In this document: positions 59,419 to 64,000 of the stretch, one piece after another
Layout of the letters: each line of letters begins with the position of its first letter
How positions within the stretch are numbered: position 1 is the first letter of the stretch
Assembly: GCA_027371535.1 (NCBI GenBank)
Contig: DAHXMV010000001.1
Span: 172,825 to 236,824, forward strand
Reading direction: 5' to 3'
Source of the DNA: Candidatus Amesbacteria bacterium
Lineage (GTDB): Bacteria > Patescibacteriota > Microgenomatia > CAZETR01 > Amesbacteraceae
DNA length: 64,000 bases
Notes under the pieces: generated by a model
Database searches by the model: none
What the model saw: the letters and a program-made list of their open reading frames with translations, nothing else
Told to the model about the DNA's origin: nothing
Made by a program: the position numbers and the translations under genes

Positions 59419-59445
59419 GTGAATATTATATCTTAAATCAAGGAT

Positions 59446-60708
59446 ATGCGGAATTTTATAATAAAAATTGTTCCGGCTGTATTTATAGCAGCGTCAATTT
59501 TAGTCTTTCCGGCAAAGTTATATTCTGACCGGCATTTGGACACACTGAGCCTGGCGCAAATGATACTAAAAGGGGATTTTGTAGTTTTCGACATCCATCA
59601 AGATATTTACGGGCTGAAAGCAATGTTTTTAAAACAAGATCCTTACCGGGATTTGGGGCCTGCTCTCAAAACATTCGGGCTGGATTATACCGCCCGCCAC
59701 CCGTCACCACATCCCCCGACGGCTTTTTTATTAACTTTTCCCGTAGTTTTTTTACCCATAAAAATATCGGCCATGGTGTGGGCCTGGTTAATGCTTTTTA
59801 TATTTGCCATAGGTCTTTTAATTTATGGATATAAAACCGGGGACGTGATACTTATTTGTGCACTGAGCCTGCTTTGGCCGACTACGGTCACCTCACTGGT
59901 CCAGCTGACCATTATCTGGCTGACCTGCATACTGGCGGCCTACAAATTCAGAAATACCCGGCCGTTGATCTCCGGGATATTTATTGGTCTGGCATCTCTC
60001 TCCAAATTCTCTCCGGCGGTCCTGTTAATACCATTTTTATTAAGGAGGAAATGGCGTGCAGTGGCGGGTTTTTTGATAGTATGGGTGATCGCTGCGCTCT
60101 TAATTTTGGCGTTTGCCCCCGAAACGATAATGCGGTATCTGGAAGTGGCAAAACAAACGTCTGTGCAAATGATGCTAAGGACCGATAACGCCTCTCCGGG
60201 GGCATTTTTAGGGCTGTATTTCGAAACAGCGGGCTGGATAGCGGCCGGGGGGCTGGGAATGCTGTTTTTATATTTGACCAGGAAAATCTGGCTGAAAATA
60301 CCGCATGGGAACATGGCCGCAAACGAATGGAATTTCTATTCCTATCTGGCAGTGATAGTTTTACCTGTCACCTGGTCGTATTCCATCCTGCCTTTATTTC
60401 CGATTTTAGCCATGACTTTTCAAAAAGGCGGCCGGGGAAAATATCTGGCGGTATTGACGCTGGCTGTAGCGATACTTATGCCGGCTTTCGGCACCATCAC
60501 GCCATATTATGTCTTTATATTGGTATTGTTATTCGGGGTGATGATAATCATCCGGGAACAGCCAAATATTATAAACCGATTTCCGGGGTCGCGGACTGCA
60601 TGGCTGAAAGAGAAACACTTACGAATTCTTCCAAAGACAGGCCGAGTTTATCCTGACACAGGGCAATTTCGTCACGGCGGGTACCCCGGGCAAAACCGGG
60701 TTCCTTAA
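59446..60708 (+). CDS. GT87 (DUF2029) GT-C membrane glycosyltransferase
   Basis: D..QD loop, PHPPTAFLL, GLASLSKFSP, DNAS, WSYS; the tail overlaps the next gene. Confidence 0.75.
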   Translation: MRNFIIKIVPAVFIAASILVFPAKLYSDRHLDTLSLAQMILKGDFVVFDIHQDIYGLKAMFLKQDPYRDLGPALKTFGLDYTARHPSPHPPTAFLLTFPVVFLPIKISAMVWAWLMLFIFAIGLLIYGYKTGDVILICALSLLWPTTVTSLVQLTIIWLTCILAAYKFRNTRPLISGIFIGLASLSKFSPAVLLIPFLLRRKWRAVAGFLIVWVIAALLILAFAPETIMRYLEVAKQTSVQMMLRTDNASPGAFLGLYFETAGWIAAGGLGMLFLYLTRKIWLKIPHGNMAANEWNFYSYLAVIVLPVTWSYSILPLFPILAMTFQKGGRGKYLAVLTLAVAILMPAFGTITPYYVFILVLLFGVMIIIREQPNIINRFPGSRTAWLKEKHLRILPKTGRVYPDTGQFRHGGYPGQNRVP

Positions 60709-61144
60709 AACGCTTTAAAACCGAACTAAGTTTGACGTCAGCAATTTTTTTTGACGGCAGGACCAAAGTGGCAGCGACGATTAAACCGGTAAGGGAATCG
60801 GCACAAAAAATAGACCAATCCATGAGATTTTCGGGCTCCACACCGGTATTATGCCAATTGTGGGCCGCCATGGCATGAGCCACGTGGGGAGGAATTTCAA
60901 AACCAGCCTCTTTGATCCAGCCGGCAATCTGAATCCCCTGCATTTGGGGCGGAACGGAATCCGTATAGTCACCGTCGTGCAATAAACCGGCAATGTACCA
61001 ATCTTCCCTGGCGGAACCAGCGTTTGGCTGCAACCTGTCATATAAGGCACCCATAACCGCGGCCAAAGCCAACATATGTTTAATGATGTTTTCATTAGTC
61101 ACATGGGACCGGATAAGTGAAAGAGCTTGTTCTTTAGTAATCAT
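60569..61144 (-). CDS. HD/HDIG domain protein
   Basis: KHMLA, GLLHDGD, AHN, ADSLTGLI, FARGTRR. Confidence 0.88.
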   Translation of the reverse strand: MITKEQALSLIRSHVTNENIIKHMLALAAVMGALYDRLQPNAGSAREDWYIAGLLHDGDYTDSVPPQMQGIQIAGWIKEAGFEIPPHVAHAMAAHNWHNTGVEPENLMDWSIFCADSLTGLIVAATLVLPSKKIADVKLSSVLKRFKEPGFARGTRRDEIALCQDKLGLSLEEFVSVSLSAMQSATPEIGL

Positions 61145-61148
61145 AGGA

Positions 61149-62957
61149 TTATTTCCATAAAGGAAATTTTCCGGTTAACAAATCGACTTTATCCTTGGGA
61201 CCGAATATGCCGATACCCGCGTAGATTATTTCATTATCGGTTTTCCCGGAAATCATTTCCGCCAATTTTTTATCATTGGTAGTGTCCATCATTTCCGGAA
61301 TATAACCTATATAGAGCAAGTCAGTAGACCGCACCTGATCCATAAGCATTTTCAATTCCGTTTTTGAAGCTGTCAGTGTCACAATCGGATACTGGGAATT
61401 TCTGGGTAAATTTACACCGTCTTTGGTAGAAAAATGCGATCCGGAATCAAAAGGCTGCCGCATTTTATTACCTAAAAATGAAGCTATATGCCCGGAAGTA
61501 TTCATAATCTGCCAGGGGGGTAAATCAGGATTAATAACAATTACGGATTTTTGGCTAAAGTCTTGTTTAGATGTAGCAGAATCCGGACGAAGCAGAGGGA
61601 ATAAAACGCACTCCCGGCTGGGCTTGTCGGCTAAAAATGAAAACAGGCGCTCTGAGACGCCAAATCCGGAAACCGGCGGCATACCATATTCCAAAGCTTC
61701 TACAAAATCTTTATCGTACATCTGGGCTTCGGCATCGCCATTATCTCTAAGTGCCTGCTGCCGGGAAAACCTGGCGGCCTGGTCTATGGGATCATTTAAT
61801 TCCGAATAGCCGTTTCCCAATTCGGAGCCGGCAATAATCACCTGATAGCGTTCCACAAAACCGGGGTTTTGGGCCTGACGTTTGGCCAGCGGAGACACTG
61901 CCACCGGATGCCCGACCAAAAATGCCGGACCGGAAATGGTCTTCCTGACTTCCTTCCATAATTCATCAATTTTTCTGGCGTCATCCATCTGCCTGATATC
62001 CCGGCCGGTTTTTTCTAAAATTGTCCGGGTGTAATCTATTTTGGGCCATGCCTGGTTTAAATTTACGTGATGACCGTAAATATCAAATTCCAGTTTTCCG
62101 AAAGTCCGTTCGGCCACTGCTTTATACATTTCCTCCACCAAGGCCATGGAATCCTCAAAATCGGCATAAGCCCAGTAAAACTCCATCTGGGTGTAGTCCT
62201 GGAGGTGTTCGCGGCTTAAACCTTCATTTCTGAATTGCCGCCCGATTTCAAATGTCTTTTCGAATCCGGCTACCATCAGACGCTTCTGCCACAGCTCACC
62301 CATGGAGATACGCAGATACAGATCGATGTCCAGGGCATTGTGATGGGTAATAAACGGAGCGGCATCCGCCCCGCCGAAGACATTTTCCAATACCGGAGTT
62401 TCCACTTCCAAAAAACCTTTGGCTTTCAGAAAATTGCGTACACTGTCCCAAAATTCGGTCTTTTGGCGGAAAAGCCGGGGTAAGCGGTCATCGAGCAATA
62501 AGTCCAGATAACGCCTCCTATACCTTTCTTCTTCGTCTTTTAAACCGTGCCAGTCGTCAGGCAGGGGTCTGATGGATTTTGATAGAAGTTCAAAGGAAGT
62601 TACGTCCACCGTGATTTCCCCCGATTGAGTGATCATAATTTTTCCCGTAACACCTATAAAATCACCGACATCAAACAGTTTTAAGAGCGGAAATCTGTCC
62701 GGGATATTATTTTTCTGGAATAACAACTGGATCTGACCAGAACTATCCCGTAAATCGGCAAAAACCACATTTCCATGTTCCCTAAAACGCCAAAGTCTGC
62801 CGACAACCGACACTTCTCCATGTTCACTACGGGCTTTTGATATAGTGATGAAAGTTTTTGAAAATTTGGCTGGATAGGGGTTGATATTCAAACTTCTTAA
62901 CTTGGCAAGTTTGGACAGGCGGTTATTTCTGATTTCTGCTAAACGGGTCTGTGGCAT
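61149..62957 (-). CDS. lysS: Lysine--tRNA ligase (class II) with a C-terminal DUF2000-like domain
   Basis: RYRRRYLDL, FLEVETP, FRNEG, GNGYSELNDP, LEYGMPP..G.GVSERL, then an extra ~140 aa. Confidence 0.95.
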   Translation of the reverse strand: MPQTRLAEIRNNRLSKLAKLRSLNINPYPAKFSKTFITISKARSEHGEVSVVGRLWRFREHGNVVFADLRDSSGQIQLLFQKNNIPDRFPLLKLFDVGDFIGVTGKIMITQSGEITVDVTSFELLSKSIRPLPDDWHGLKDEEERYRRRYLDLLLDDRLPRLFRQKTEFWDSVRNFLKAKGFLEVETPVLENVFGGADAAPFITHHNALDIDLYLRISMGELWQKRLMVAGFEKTFEIGRQFRNEGLSREHLQDYTQMEFYWAYADFEDSMALVEEMYKAVAERTFGKLEFDIYGHHVNLNQAWPKIDYTRTILEKTGRDIRQMDDARKIDELWKEVRKTISGPAFLVGHPVAVSPLAKRQAQNPGFVERYQVIIAGSELGNGYSELNDPIDQAARFSRQQALRDNGDAEAQMYDKDFVEALEYGMPPVSGFGVSERLFSFLADKPSRECVLFPLLRPDSATSKQDFSQKSVIVINPDLPPWQIMNTSGHIASFLGNKMRQPFDSGSHFSTKDGVNLPRNSQYPIVTLTASKTELKMLMDQVRSTDLLYIGYIPEMMDTTNDKKLAEMISGKTDNEIIYAGIGIFGPKDKVDLLTGKFPLWK

Positions 62958-62969
62958 ACAAATATTTTA

Positions 62970-63998
62970 CTAGGCCCGGGTAATATAAGCCAGAATTAAG
63001 TCTTTGAGCTGATTTAAGGCCGTAATCGAAATTCTTTCATTTACGGTATGAGGATTTTGGCAACCATCGCCGATAGTGATGACCCTGAAACCATGGGCGG
63101 CAAAAACATTGCTGTCACTGGCTCCGTAGATTTTTTCAGGGACTACATTCAACTTTTGATGTTTCATGACATTTATGATTGAGGTTACGGACGGATCATC
63201 AGGCCGGAATTCATAGCCCCGGCAATACAGGGCGGAATTGAATTCCAAGACTGCCTGAGACGCTTTGGTAATTTTTGAAAAGCCGGCTAATATTTTATCC
63301 TGGGCAACGGTTAAATGTTTTTGGCTGAAACTCCTGATTTCACCGACCATTTTAACCCGGCCGGGGACGGTATTCATGGCAGTGCCTCCGGAGATTAATC
63401 CCAGATTGGCTACGGTATCCGGGTTTAGCCGACCCCACTTGGCCGCGGAAATCGCCCGGGCAGCAACGGTCAAAGCATTGATAGCTGATTCCGGAAGGCT
63501 GGCATGGGCAGGTTTGCCGATAATTTCCAGTTCCAAATTCATGATCCAGGGTGAGGCCGTGACCAGATAACCCAAATCAGCTCCGAGATCCGGGATCAAA
63601 CCCTCCCTACTTTCCAGCCTTGAGAAATCGAATGAGCCGATGCCGCTGTCAGTTTCCTCGCGGACGGAGAAAACGACTTCCAGGTGACGGTTTTTTTGGG
63701 GAGGACATTCAGCGATTGATTGCATGATCGCGGCTAATGCTCCTTTATTGTCCGCCCCCAGAATTGTGTCTCCTCCACTTTGAATAATTTCGTCTGTAAT
63801 CCGGGGACGGATACCCCGACCCGGTTCTACCGTATCCATATGGGCACTCAAAATGAGCGGCGGATTACGTCCGGGAATATCGACAAATAAGTTTCCGGAC
63901 CGGTCGATTTCGGGTTTTAACCCCTGGTTTCTGAACCAATCGGAAATAAAAAGACTGACCTCGGATTCAAAACCCGACGGGCTGTCGATTTTGACCAG
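62970..63998 (-). CDS. M20 family metallopeptidase (peptidase T-like), 5' end outside the window
   Basis: Frame is open to the window edge (LVKIDSPSGFE...); SAHMDTV, GADNK, REE, HT..ERI. Confidence 0.9.
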   Translation of the reverse strand: MVKIDSPSGFESEVSLFISDWFRNQGLKPEIDRSGNLFVDIPGRNPPLILSAHMDTVEPGRGIRPRITDEIIQSGGDTILGADNKGALAAIMQSIAECPPQKNRHLEVVFSVREETDSGIGSFDFSRLESREGLIPDLGADLGYLVTASPWIMNLELEIIGKPAHASLPESAINALTVAARAISAAKWGRLNPDTVANLGLISGGTAMNTVPGRVKMVGEIRSFSQKHLTVAQDKILAGFSKITKASQAVLEFNSALYCRGYEFRPDDPSVTSIINVMKHQKLNVVPEKIYGASDSNVFAAHGFRVITIGDGCQNPHTVNERISITALNQLKDLILAYITRA

Positions 63999-64000
63999 CT

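Overview
Gene-dense bacterial chromosome segment, genetic code 11. Its gene content and style suggest Patescibacteria/CPR, probably Microgenomates (inference). From left to right it holds: a ~14 kb surface-glycan locus (partial probable sortase, FN3 protein with an LPXTG-like tail, glycoside hydrolase-like protein, several GT2/GT4/GT-C enzymes, PIG-L deacetylase, and a 1541-aa GT2-GT2-flippase-GT4 fusion); ftsEX with a coiled-coil/C39-like peptidase; tlyA, prfB, nrnA, an ECF sigma factor, typA, sod, a membrane-anchored Clp-type ATPase and glgA; stress and transport genes with several pseudogenes; an IS3 remnant and a complete IS481-like element; then secA, serS, lysS and an M20 peptidase. The most striking signal lies directly downstream of secA. 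The last 25 bp of secA (encoding KKCHYPN-stop, part of the SEC-C zinc motif) recur at 51706-51730 and 50412-50436 with only synonymous changes. Each copy sits inside a conserved dyad-plus-GGGTACC junction, and the copies separate AT-rich single-gene units encoding membrane-anchored Cys-rich proteins. This looks like a tandem array of integrase-less gene cassettes that insert into, and rebuild, the 3' end of secA. No tRNA, rRNA or CRISPR array was recognised.
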